A stretch of DNA of 63,095 bases, counting the filler, from Octopus bimaculoides (lineage: Eukaryota): the NCBI RefSeq assembly GCF_001194135.2. It is 5 parts of 5 records of this genome, joined end to end, with 100 filler letters (N's around TTAATTAATTAA, not from the genome) between each part and the next. Parts side by side here need not be neighbours in the genome. Positions count along the whole stretch, not along the records: positions 1 to 17,429 come from NC_068981.1; 4 more parts are not named here. One strand, written 5' to 3'. A program made the translations under genes and the position numbers. Shown piece after piece: positions 1 to 10,960 of this stretch (position 1 is its first letter; every line of letters starts with the position of its first letter). Below the pieces are notes generated by a model that was not told the DNA's origin, made no database searches, and saw nothing but the letters and a program-made list of their open reading frames with translations.

Positions 1-164
1 AAAAGAAAAACTTTAATTATAACTATGTAAAAGACCTCAATGAGTAGAATCTTTTGATGAAAACTTCGTTAAAATATATGAGATAGACAAAAAAGGTATG
101 CAGCTTTAAGTTGCGAAAATATTGGTGCAAAAATGTGCAAGGCCGCAGTAAAGTCCCCATTTAG

Positions 165-1140
165 AAGCAGCCACAAAGATTTAACGACAAAGTGTCATGG
201 GAGGTCTAACATATTCAGTCTGAGCTATTGGCTGACCAGAATGGTTGGGACGATGGGCAAAGAGCAGTTCAACTTGCCACCATTCTAAAGGATGCTGCTC
301 TAGAGGTACTGATCTGTTATCCTTCACTAGTGGAAGTGTAAGAGAGAAGATATGGCACTATGTACCTGAGTGAAGTGAATAGAGTGTGATTTCGGACCTG
401 CGTAAGGGCTAGAGAATAATAACTTTATCAGCTTTCCCAGAACTTTTGACTCTTATTCTGAAAGAGCAGTTTATTGTCGCTTTGGGCAGCGCAGAGGTCA
501 AAGTTCAAGTGAAACAAGCACAGCTGGATACTATGCAAGAGGCATTAGCTAGAGCTCTGGAATTTGAGTCGTATGTAAGGTCTAGCACAGGAAGATTCCA
601 TATAGATTAAAGTTCCGGATTAAAAGCAATGAAAGGGCTAGTACGTGAAGCAGAAAGATTTAATGGAAGTTGTTGGTACTGCGAGAAGATCGGAGATAAA
701 AGAGAAAGCTGTTTGAAGAAGAAAGAACAAGAGACGGTTGGAATAAATTGTTGGCACAATGGGAAGTTGGGATACAAGAAGCAAGATTGTTGCAGCCTGA
801 AGAGAGAGTAAAGGCAGGATGGTAGTAAAAAGTTCACACTTAGGAGAGAGTGTGGGACATGTGGTGAAAAGGGTCATCTCAGTTTTGACTGCCCTACACG
901 AAAAAAGGATAGTAAGAAGGTAACGAAAGACAAAGGAGGGTCGGAAAACTAGAAGGGGCTGGTGTTAAGGAGCAACTGCCAGCCGAATATTCCAAAGAAG
1001 CCCCAACCCCGAGGAGATGTAAAAGGACTGTAACTGACAGCGCACAAGTGGATGGTAGAACTGACGGCCAGAAGTGTCGCCTTGTAATTGATTTAGCCTC
1101 GGGGCAGACTTTTGTGAAACCCGAGATGTTACAGCATCGA
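165..1140 (+). mobile_element. Ty3/Gypsy LTR-retrotransposon remnant (gag + aspartic protease), pseudogenised
   Basis: Manual translation: KQPQRFNDKVSWEV*HIQSELLADQNGWDDGQRAVQLATILKDAALEVL (Gypsy gag N-terminus), then QFIVALGSAEVKVQVKQAQLDTMQEALARALEFES. Zinc knuckles CWYCEKIGDKRESC, CWHNGKLGYKKQDC and CGTCGEKGHLSFDC (851-892). In the -1 frame: VDGRTDGQKCRLVIDLASGQTFVKPE (degenerate D-T/S-G protease). Several in-frame stops; no LTR visible. Confidence 0.85.
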
Positions 1141-1615
1141 GACCTACCAGAGTGATTATGGTGGTTGTGTGATGTTATCGGGCCAATAATAAAACAAAGA
1201 AAACATTTTATTACTTAAATAGGCTTAAATTTTACTATAATCAGACATTTAATTCGTTTATCTACTTTCTGTAAAAAATTTTAGTAAATAAAGAAATTTT
1301 AACAACTACTGTTGTAAAACATTATGGCAGTTATCACGTTATTTTCATGTATTGAAATAATTAAAAATTTATTTACAGTCAAGCTTAGCAATAGTGAAAT
1401 AACTTGGATGAAAGATAGTTGATTAGTATTGAATGGTTTGGCTTTTTAAAATATTTTATTTAATTGGCAACCCATTCAAATTTTAATTTAGCTACAATAT
1501 TTAAGCTCTTTTCTTTTATTTTAGGCTTACTTCTGGTCCTGTATTTTCCAGCTTTATTAAATACGTAAGAATGTTATTATCCCTTGATTGCATTTTTCAG
1601 TCATATATTGATATA

Positions 1616-3218
1616 CAGTATCACACAGAAGTATGTACACCGCTAAAAAATTTCAGTAAAATTGCCATGACTTTGATGGTATCGAAGGAAATCAAACGGA
1701 ATTTATACTGAATAAAATATATTATACATGTAAACATCATACGAATTTGGAACACAAAACAACAAATTTTTTCAAAGATATGAACGAAATACTAATTTTC
1801 AAACGTTATAAGCATATGTATACCCTAAAGGAAATTTGCTATATTCAATATTTTTAAAATTAAATTCAGATATTTCTGATAATTTCAATTCTTATAAATT
1901 ATTTCTCCTGGCGTTTTTGCACCGGTCATTGTTATTGCATCTGCAGGAATTCTGATTTGTGTACCGTGGTGAAAATCTTCATTGTGGTTAAAATGACACC
2001 AAAAGAAATTGACCTTCATTCATCAAGATATAAAGAAAATTATTTTAAATTTGCACAAGAATGGTTTAGGATACAAGTTAATTAGCAAACGAATACATAG
2101 TAGCATAAACCCAGATGCCGAAGTAATTCAGCAGTGCAAAGCTACTGGACGGCTAAGCAAGAAATATCGTCCAGGTCGTCCTTCTAACTGCGCGTGATAT
2201 TCACCACATCCAACGTTGCGTGATGGACGTACCGATTCATCTTTGCATCGTACCGATTCATCATTGGCCCAAGAAGTGTCTTCTGTTAGTGGAAAGAGTG
2301 TATCCGCCCAAACAGTTCGCTGAAGTTTGAATCAGTGTGGTCTTCATGGAGGCATTTCTCGTAGGAAGTCTCTCCTCACTACCAGGTATAGATCAATTAG
2401 TCTTTCTTTTCCCGAAACCTATGTAAGTAAGGGGATGGAGCTTTGGAATAAAATTCGTTTTTCTGACGAGACTAAAATCAATTTGTTTGGGTCAGATGAT
2501 ATTAAACGAGTATGGCGACGACCAGGTGAAGATAATGGCGACAAATGCACCGTGCCTACCGTGAAACACGGCGGCGGAAGTGTTAAGCTTTGGGGATGCA
2601 TGAATGCGGCTAGTGTGGAATGACTCACATTTATTGAGCGAACAATGGATTCAAGGCTTTATTGTGATATATTGCAGAAAACAATGTTGAAAAGCATCAA
2701 GGAACTAGGAAGATATTCCATGTAACAGCATGATAATGACCCTAAACACACTACAAAGATGACGACTAAGTTTCTATCAGATAAAAAGGTAAAGGCATTG
2801 CCTTGGCCTGCCATGTCACCTGATTTAAACCCAATAGTACATCTGTGGGGTGTTTTGAAAAGAAAGGTTGAGGAGAAAAAAACCCCGCAGTGTAACACAT
2901 TTGAAAGACATCATTCAGGATGAATGAAGGTCAATTTCATCGGTTGCATGCAGAAGACTTAATGCAGTCACTGAAAGCAAGGGCAGTCACACCAAATATT
3001 GAATATAGTAAATAATCCTTTAGGGTATACATATTTTTGTATTGTTTGAAAATTAATATTATGTTCATATCTTTGAAAATATTTATTGTTTTGTGTTCCA
3101 AATTTGTATTACGTTTGCATGTATAATATATTTTATTCAGTATAAATTTCGTTTGATTTCCTTCGATATTACCAGAGTAATGACAATTTTACAAAAAAGT
3201 TTTTAGGGTGCACATACG
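1616..3218 (+). mobile_element. Tc1-family DNA transposon (DD34E, IR/DR-type ~200-bp TIRs), defective
   Basis: TA then CAGTATCACACAGAAGTATGTACACC at 1616. The left TIR (~1632-1832) is the reverse complement of ~3016-3218. Transposase 1993-3002 with frameshifts: QDIKKIILNLHKNGLGYKLISKR, FSDETKINLFG (D at 2465), HDNDPKHT (D at 2732), WPAMSPDLNPIVHLW (catalytic E mutated to V at 2837, 34 residues after the second D), ending GSHTKY*. Confidence 0.95.
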
Positions 3219-3289
3219 TTCAAAAGTATGGCCTAATGCGTATCTCACTTGTTCCAGGCAAGAAAAATCCTTTACCTGTTAATGCGGAG

Positions 3290-4056
3290 TAATTGTACTT
3301 CCCTCTTTGCACATCAAGCCATGACTCAGGAAAAAAAGACCTTTGTTGGAACGATGGATAAGACGCAAACTGGATTCAACTATCTGAGAAATAAGTTCCC
3401 TTGGACCAATGATGCTATGATTAAAGAAAGTATTCATGTAGACCCTAAGACCAGAGATTTTTTTAAGAGATGAAAGATTTGAATGATAGCTGAATGAAGC
3501 TAAGAAAGCTGCTTTATAATGTTTCAAATATGTCTGTTCAAAGTATTTGAGAAACCAAGAGGCTGAAAATCATTCTGAAACAGCAGGTAAAGTATTTTTA
3601 GCGTAACCGAGCAGTAGGGGTGGGGGTGGGGGTAATGTGTTATTAAAGGCTAATTTTTTGGACATTCGGACTTTTCTGGAAAACCTGGTAACATTAATCG
3701 AAGAATAGGAACATTTTCATCAGGATAATTTTAACATGGAAAAGCGTTTCCACGGCAACTTAAACCTCAGTATTCTTGATTATTGCTGGTGGACTCTTTA
3801 GAAAAGCCTATTTAAGGACAAATACGATAGAAAATCAAACCAAGCTAATTTTACATCAAAAGCTGTGGCTTTTGATTGTAATTTAGTAATGTGTGATTTT
3901 ATGCATCTTTTGAAATTAAACTAGATTCCTAATAGAAATCTGAACTGATTGAGAAACGCTACTACCATGCGAAATGCTACAATTAACACGAAAATGACAC
4001 AGGAATCAGATATTTTCATCTTTGGGATACGAAAATGTTGTTTTTGTTCCTTAGTG
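3290..4056 (+). mobile_element. 3' remnant of a Chapaev-like (CMC/Transib-related) DNA transposon
   Basis: Broken translation LPSLHIK...FVGTMDKTQTGFNYLRNKFP...IKESIHVDPKTRDF, then EAKKAAL*CFKYVCSKYLRNQEAENH, then HFHQD...MEKRFHGNLNLSIL.DYCWWTL. These match the LPPLHIKLGL / IKEGIFVGPQIR / GERFHQDI..MEKRY / LADYCW blocks of a widespread invertebrate transposase. Ends ...TTGTTCCTTAGTG (CAC..GTG terminus). Superfamily name is from memory. Confidence 0.65.
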
Positions 4057-4176
4057 CTCTGAGGATCGACGAGGCACCGGTTCCAGTAATTTATTAGTAT
4101 TCTCTGACTCGTTTATATTTCCAACCTTAGAAAATGGGAATGTGTTTAATACCAATATTAGCGTTGCTAGTCACCG

Positions 4177-4515
4177 TGTGAAGGCGCATGGCTCAGTGGT
4201 TAAAGCGTCGAGCTTACATGATCGTGAGATTGTGAGTTCGAATCCCGGACCGGGCTGCGTTTTGTGTGCTTGAGCAAGACACTTTATTTCACGTTGCTCC
4301 AGTTCACTCAGCTGTAGAAATGAGCTGCGACGTCACTGGAGCCAAGCTGTATTTGCCTTTACCTTTCCCTTGGATAACATTGGTGGCGTGGAGAGGGAAG
4401 GCTGGTATGCATGGGCGACTGCTGGTCTTCCATAAACAACCTTGCTCGGACTTGTGCCTCGGAGGGTAACTTTCTAGGTGCAATCCCATGGTCAGCCATA
4501 ACCGAAGGGGGTCTC
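4177..4515 (+). mobile_element. tRNA-derived SINE, family D (full length)
   Basis: A box TGGCTCAGTGG (4189), B box GAGTTCGAATCC (4234), followed by a CORE/Meta-like body GTGCTTGAGCAAGACACTT...TTGCTCCAGTTCACTCAGCTGT. Related copies at 12.9, 29.6 and 44.0 kb. Confidence 0.9.
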
Positions 4516-4705
4516 AGCAGTCACTATAAAATCCATATAACTGAAAGAGCAAGACATTTTGAAAAGCGTTGACATCCATTCTAATGAGGGATTGTATAAT
4601 AACCAGAAATTGCAAGTATGGTGAGTGAAGTAAAAAGGATAAGTCAAGAATATAATCTGTAACCTAAAGTTGAGGTATTCGAAACCCATCAGTATCGTTA
4701 CAATC

Positions 4706-4815
<110 letters not shown>

Positions 4816-5819
4816 TTACCCCCGTTCACTTTCTCAATCTCACACACTCAAATATCAATGATATTATGTCTCTCTACATATATATTATGCAATACTTACG
4901 TTCCAAATAGTAAAATAGTATGCTTAAAAACACACATGTGCACACAAGCATATGCACACAGGCATATGCACACATACACACACGCACACATACGCACGCA
5001 TACACACACGCACACATAAACACGTATACACACTCATATACACTCATAATTCATAATGTTTACGAATATTTCCTTTACGTCCTTTCTCTGTTCGCTAGAC
5101 TTGGTCAAGTATAAACAATCCAAATATATTCTGTGAATAATCTCATTGATATACACATGTACATGTATATATAAATGTGATTATTCACAGAATATACATA
5201 CATACATACATACATGCACAAACACATATGTGTCTGAGTCTTTATGTAAATGCATAAGTAAAATACATGCATAAAGCAGATGAATAATACTGACGCAATT
5301 TATTCAATACACATGTATATCACAAACGGTCGTAGAAGTATATTTATACATACATTTATCTGTCTGATTCTCTCTTTCCCTCTGATATAGGCGCTCTCTC
5401 ACACATACGCGCATGCGCATATATACGAAAGAGACACAGGGTAAGAGTGGAAAAATGTGTATGCATGTGAGAAACAAATTGAAAGAAAGAAATGTTTGTA
5501 TGTGTTTTTATGTGTTTCTACCAACGCATGTATACGTACACAAATGCTAAAAAGATATGCACAAATTTAGATACATACACACATATATAAATATGTAAAA
5601 AAAGATGATTGGCAAGATGTTTTCAGGCAATATTATTCATACATCTTTTCAATAGAAGTTTCCTTTTAGCGAAACATATTGTCATAAATCATGTATATAT
5701 ATCGTAACCTAGATATAAAAGAATGAAAAGGAAAACAAGACACAATGCTTGGGCATTCTTCGTTCATAAATGCAGTACTAAATCAGCTTTTATTTTTTCC
5801 TTTTTCTTTTCAATTTTAG

Positions 5820-6002
5820 AAATCTGGCTATAGGGAGAGGAAGCAATAAATTCTTTTCCTTGACTCAGAGAAATTCTTAAGTATCAAGAAACAAAAGCAT
5901 ACTAAAACTTAAGTTCATTTGTTTTGGCGAGAAGCTGTTAACAGCAAAGAAAATGGCTGCGAATATTATATTGGCAATGCGACTTTTATTGAGACACCTT
6001 AT
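5820..6002 (+). other. Candidate exon (possible 5'UTR + start codon)
   Basis: Long polypyrimidine tract ending TTTTAG at 5819; AAGAAAATGGCTGCG start context at 5953 (MAANIILAMRLLLRHL); donor GTATGT at 6003. An alternative acceptor at 5944 gives KENGCEYYIGNATFIETPY. No homology recognised. Confidence 0.25.
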
Positions 6003-6562
6003 GTATGTAAATTTGCAATCACTTCTATAAATGGTAATTCTATAACTCTATCTTTCACTGTACTAACATTTCCTTCTTTTTTATATCAGTAAAACTAATT
6101 CTTTACTCTAGCTATATCATGATTTATTTTACATACGTACACATACACATACACATATACACATACATACACACACACACTCACACACACACACACACAC
6201 ACGCACATACACTTATCTATATACTCTCATACATATAAGCATGCAAGGAAATATATACATACATATGTCTATATGTTAAATATGTGTGTGTGCGCGTGCG
6301 TGTGTATAGGGTGTATTACATTACCTGATTTTCGTGTTTTGCATGTGATTGGGTCCATTTACGGTGGTAATTTGTTCGACATAATACTTTATCTTATCAG
6401 GTGATAAAACTGCTGTACGTTAAGGACCATTTATACCAAAGACTGTATTAGGACGAGAAATCTGCAACAAGTACACACACACACACACACACACAAGCGC
6501 GCAATATCTACATATATACAAACATACATATATATATATGTCTATATATATATAATACTGCC

Positions 6563-6770
6563 TTTTACTTGTTTCAGCCATTTGAATGCAGCCATGCTGG
6601 AGCATCACCTTCAGTCAAACAAATCGACTCCAGAACTTATTCTTTTGTAAGCTTAGTACTTATTCTATTGGTCACTTTTGCCGAACCGCTAATTTGCGGG
6701 GACGTAAACACACTAATATCGGTTGTCAAGCGATGGTGGTGGAGAAAACACAACCACACAAATACATACA
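6563..6770 (-). mobile_element. SINE family A, 3' half
   Basis: TTTTACTTGTTTCAGCCATTTGAATGCAGCCATGCTGGAGCA...GGTTGTCAAGCGATG; runs into (TACA)n and an N gap. Confidence 0.9.
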
Positions 6771-7384
6771 TACATACATACATACANNNNNNNNNNNNNN
6801 NNNNNNNNNNNNNNNNNNNNNNNNNNNNNNNNNNNNNNNNNNNNNNNNTATATATATATATATATATGTGGGGGGGGGGGTATAGCTGAAATAAGGTTGC
6901 CTATTGGCTAGTTAATTTCTCCATTCATTTTTCACATCGTACAGTTTTAAGGAGAGAAATGAGAAGATAGAAATTCAGAGAAAGTTAACATGAAATGTGC
7001 GGGAAGAGTGCACATGCTAGGGTTGGTAGCAGGCAATGAGTAAATGGATGCTACGAAGATATACAGTGAGAACGCCTGATAGAAACTGAGGAAGAGGCGG
7101 GGAGGGAATTTATACATAGGTGTGCCGGTATATGTGTATACATGCATACGCACGCATTCACTCTCACACATACATACATATACATAAATACACACACATA
7201 TGTGTGTGTATGTATGTATATATAAATATATGTGCATATATTTACATGAAGAGAGAAAGAGAGAGAAAGAAAGAGAGAGACTAAGGGGAGGTAAATTTAC
7301 ACGATATAAGACGAATACAGAAAGTAATTTTGTTTAAATATTTTGCTTTAACTTTGTATATTGTCACATTTAATTTGGGTTTAT

Positions 7385-8030
7385 TATTGATTTGAAATTT
7401 TGACGCAAGGTTAGCAATTTCGGAGAAGGAGATAGGGCGGTTACCTCAACCCCAGCCTTCAGCTGGTACTCATTTCATCAATCCCGAAAGCAAGAAAAGT
7501 GAAGTCGACCTCGGCGGAATTTGAACTCAGAACGTAAAGACGGACGAAATGCCGCTAAGCATTTTTTTCCGGCGTGCTAACAATTCTACCGACTCGACGC
7601 CTTAATTTTTTTAAAATTTTAATATTGGTTTCAAATTTTGACACAAGGCCATCAAGTTCGGGGAGGGGATTAGTCGATTACCTCGGCTCACGTGATACTC
7701 ATTTTATCGACCCAGGGTTCAACAAGTACTCAGTCTATCGACACCGAAAGTATGAAAAGCAAAGTCGATCCCGGCGGCGTTTGAACTCAGAACGTAAATT
7801 CGAAAGAAATGTTGCTAAGCGCTATGTCCGGCGCGGTTACGATTCTGCCAGTTCGCCACCTTAATTTTTTTAAATTTTAAAATTTTTATTTTAATTCAAA
7901 TATTTTAGAGTGGTGAGTTGGCTGAATCGTTAGCACTCTGGGCAAAATGGCTCACGGTATTTCGTCCGTCGTAACGTTCTACCTTCAAATTATACCGAAG
8001 TCAACTTTCATCCTTTGTTGAACGATAAAA
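7385..8030. mobile_element. Cluster of three SINE family B copies (two tandem on -, one on +)
   Basis: 7385-7604 (-), 7621-7863 (-), 7908-8030 (+). Head GGCGGTGAGCTGGCAGAATCGTTAGC (A box), GAGTTCAAATTCCGCCGAGGTCGAC (B box), body CTTTCATCCTTTCGGGGTCGATAAA. Confidence 0.9.
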
Positions 8031-8745
8031 TATGGTCTGCAGAGCAGATCAGGCAGGATGAAATATGGTTAGATCTGTTTAGACATGACTCTACTGTTTG
8101 TATAAAAACACACCAGTTCTGTCTACAGCTTGTGTGTGTTGCTCATTGCTGGTCGTTCATTCTTTCGGTGTCAATAAGATGAGTGCAAGGGTGTAATCTA
8201 CTTTACTCCTCTCCCAGCATTGCCGGCCTTGTTCCCAAAATTTGATACTATTATTAATATTCATTTTTTTGAACTGGACAAAATGCATCATGTCATTTCG
8301 GCCATGTTTATGCTTTAATTTCAAATTCCGCCGATGTCTAATTAGCCTTTCAGAATCCTTTCAGGATCGATAAAATGTGCCAGAGTATAAAACCAAAATT
8401 TGTATTTGTTTCATCATCATTCCCTTGTTCTATAAGCGCCAAGAAGTTTGATAAAGTTTAAATTATAATTACTTCCTGATATTTCCTATGTTGGCAAAAG
8501 TATGCTTACTAAGTTCCCCGTCATTTGACTTACATTTATCTAAATATATATGCATTATGTTTTCATATCCGTAGATATATATATATATTTATTTGAGTAT
8601 GTGTGGGTATGTAAGCGTGTGCGTCTGTGTGAATACACTCCTCAGGCGCGTACACTTTTTTTTCTGAAACGCACACATATTCGCTTATATGTTTGCATTC
8701 ACACGTCTATGCTTGCTATGTATGTTTATAAATAACTTTTACTAT

Positions 8746-8794
<49 letters not shown>

Positions 8795-9012
8795 CACGCA
8801 CACTCGCACATATATGTAAATAATAATTAGACAACATGAAGATGGAAATAACAGGATTTATAGAAATTTGCAACATTTGTTTCTACACCAGATACCAGCT
8901 TTATGTTGCCGATTTGAAAAGAATATATCATAAATATAAGATTATTCTTTAGAATATCTTTGTGTGTGTGTATGTATACATCCTTTTGTTGTTTACATCA
9001 CCTGTCCTCGTC

Positions 9013-9215
9013 TATTTGTTTCAGTCATTTGACTGCGGCCATGCTGGAGCACCACCTTTAGTCGAGCAAATCGACCCCAGGACTTATTCTTTGTAAGCCT
9101 AGTACTTATTCTAACTGACTCTCTTGCCGAACCGCTAAGTAACGGGGACGTAAATACACCAGCCTCAGTTGTCAAGCGATATTGTGCGTTCAAACATAGA
9201 CACACAAACATATAC
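9013..9215 (-). mobile_element. SINE family A, 3' half
   Basis: GTTTCAGTCATTTGACTGCGGCCATGCTGGAGCACC...GTTGTCAAGCGAT, then (TACA)n and a gap. Confidence 0.9.
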
Positions 9216-9734
9216 ATACATACATACATACATACANNNNNNNNNNNNNNNNNNNNNNNNNNNNNNNNNNNNNNNNNNNNNNNNNNNNNNNNNNNNNNNN
9301 NNNNNNNNNNNNNNNNNNNNNNNNNNNNNNNNNNNNNNNNNNNNNNNNNNNNNNNNNNNNNNNNNNNNNNNNNNNNNNNNNNNNNNNNNNNNNNNNNNNN
9401 NNNNNNNNNNNNNNNNNNNNNNNNNNNNNNNNNNNNNNNNNNNNNNNNNNNNNNNNNNNNNNNNNNNNNNNNNNNNNNNNNNNNNNNNNNNNNNNNNNNN
9501 NNNNNNNNNNNNNNNNNNNNNNNNNNNNNNNNNNNNNNNNNNNNNNNNNNNNNNNNNNNNNNNNNNNNNNNNNNNNNNNNNNNNNNNNNNNNNNNNNNNN
9601 NNNNNNNNNNNNNNNNNNNNNNNNNNNNNNNNNNNNNNNNNNNNNNNNNNNNNNNNNNNNNNNNNNNNNNNNNNNNNNNNNNNNNTATATATATATATAT
9701 CTTCAAGTATATATTTTTATGTATCTCTAATGAT

Positions 9735-10090
9735 GGCTTCAAAGTTTGGCACAAAGCTGGCAATTTTTGAGGAGGGATAAATCGATTACGTCGACACCAG
9801 TGTTCAACTGGTACTTGTTTTATGGACCCCCGAAAGGTGAAAAACAAAGCTGATCTCGGCGGAATTTGAACTCAGAATGCGTAGACGGATGAAATGTACA
9901 AGGCCAGCAATTTTACGGGAGGAGTTAAGTGGATTACATCGACCCCAGTGCTCAAGTCGTGCTTATTTTATCTACTCCAAAAGGATGTCTGGCAAAATCG
10001 ACCTCGGCGGAATTTGAGCTCAGAACATAAAAATGATGGAATGCTGCTAAGTATTTTCCCGGTGTGCTAACGATTCTGTCAGCTCGCTGC
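9735..10090 (-). mobile_element. Two tandem SINE family B copies
   Basis: Two successive GGCGGAATTTGA(A/G)CTCAGAA cores (9858, 10006), each with the TCGAC..CCAGTG..CAA body and a GGC(A/C)CAA/AAGGCCAGCAATTTT tail. Confidence 0.85.
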
Positions 10091-10659
10091 CTACGCATAG
10101 ATCTAATAATAGCCTTTATAAATGTTGGTTGGTTTCTCCCGTCACGCTTTACACCGTATAGAAAGAGAGGGAAGAGAATAAAAGAGAGAGTAAGAGCCAA
10201 GACAGTAAGAGCTAATATAAGGTGCAAGATAAATGTTCATACTAAGCTCGGTGACAGGCAATGAGTAAAATAATACTACAGGCACCAGTTGTAAGAGGAA
10301 AAAATCTTTGAAGCAGAAGACGAGGATGAAGAGAAGGAGGAGTAAATTAGTAGATCGATTTATCTGTAAAAGGTTCTGCAATAGTTAACGCCTATTGTAA
10401 TGAATATTTTCCTTAAATGTCTTTCAAGTAAGCTTTCCTTTAGTAAAGTAAGTTCACTCTCCCTTATTTGCTTTTTGTTTTCCTTGCATTCATCTATACA
10501 GTTTTCCCTAACTTAGGACAGAGTTAACATCTTCAAATGAGTATATATCCCTACAAGTGCTATAATAATATTAATACACCTTTCACCTCCATTAGTAATA
10601 CCAGGAAATATTGTTTTGACTTTTGTCAAATAATTATCCATAGTGGCAGGCTATCAAGA

Positions 10660-10960
10660 ACTCGATCATAAGGGTGACTGAAAGTGTTGTTCCATTATAT
10701 CACCATCGAAAACAAAGACACAAGCCCTGGATATCCAGCAATGTGAAACGAGAATGGAGGTTAAGAGATGTCGCTCGGTGCGAATATATGAGATGCAGAA
10801 CCACAGCTGCTTTCGAAATCTACAGAAGTCAAAGAGATAAGGCAGAACGTATGGTCCGACAGGCACGTGGCGTATTTGAACGCAACCTCGCATCGCAGGC
10901 AAAATCTAACCCAAAAAGATTTTATGCACATATTCAACGAAACAAACGACTGAATAATTG
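10660..10960 (+). mobile_element. CR1/L2-clade LINE ORF2 fragment (endonuclease-RT linker)
   Basis: VTESVVPL...KPWISSNVKREWRLRDVARCEYMR...YRSQRDKAERMVRQARGVFERNLASQAKSNPKRFYAHIQRNK matches the KPW...K.NPK.F..Y linker of CR1-type ORF2. Confidence 0.8.

Noticed and set aside
4181-4250. tRNA-like A/B boxes here and at other SINE heads
   Set aside because: No complete cloverleaf, and each continues into a SINE body; not tRNA genes.
6325-6461. Minus-strand segment with good acceptor (TTGCAG) and donor (CAG/GTAATG)
   Set aside because: Stops in all three frames within the first 42 nt; could only be a UTR exon, and there is no further support.
8627-8645. Minus-strand CTGAGGA-GTGT-ATTC-ACAC (similar weak cases at 22475, 53378 and 55613)
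   Set aside because: Missing GAAA and/or stem I; these lie in or near low-complexity DNA where short stems arise by chance.
8993-9847. Long ORFs in the track spanning N runs (also 20.3-20.8, 22.0-23.6, 41.3-42.4, 46.1-47.1, 58.3-59.0 kb)
   Set aside because: Open only because N codons cannot be stops.
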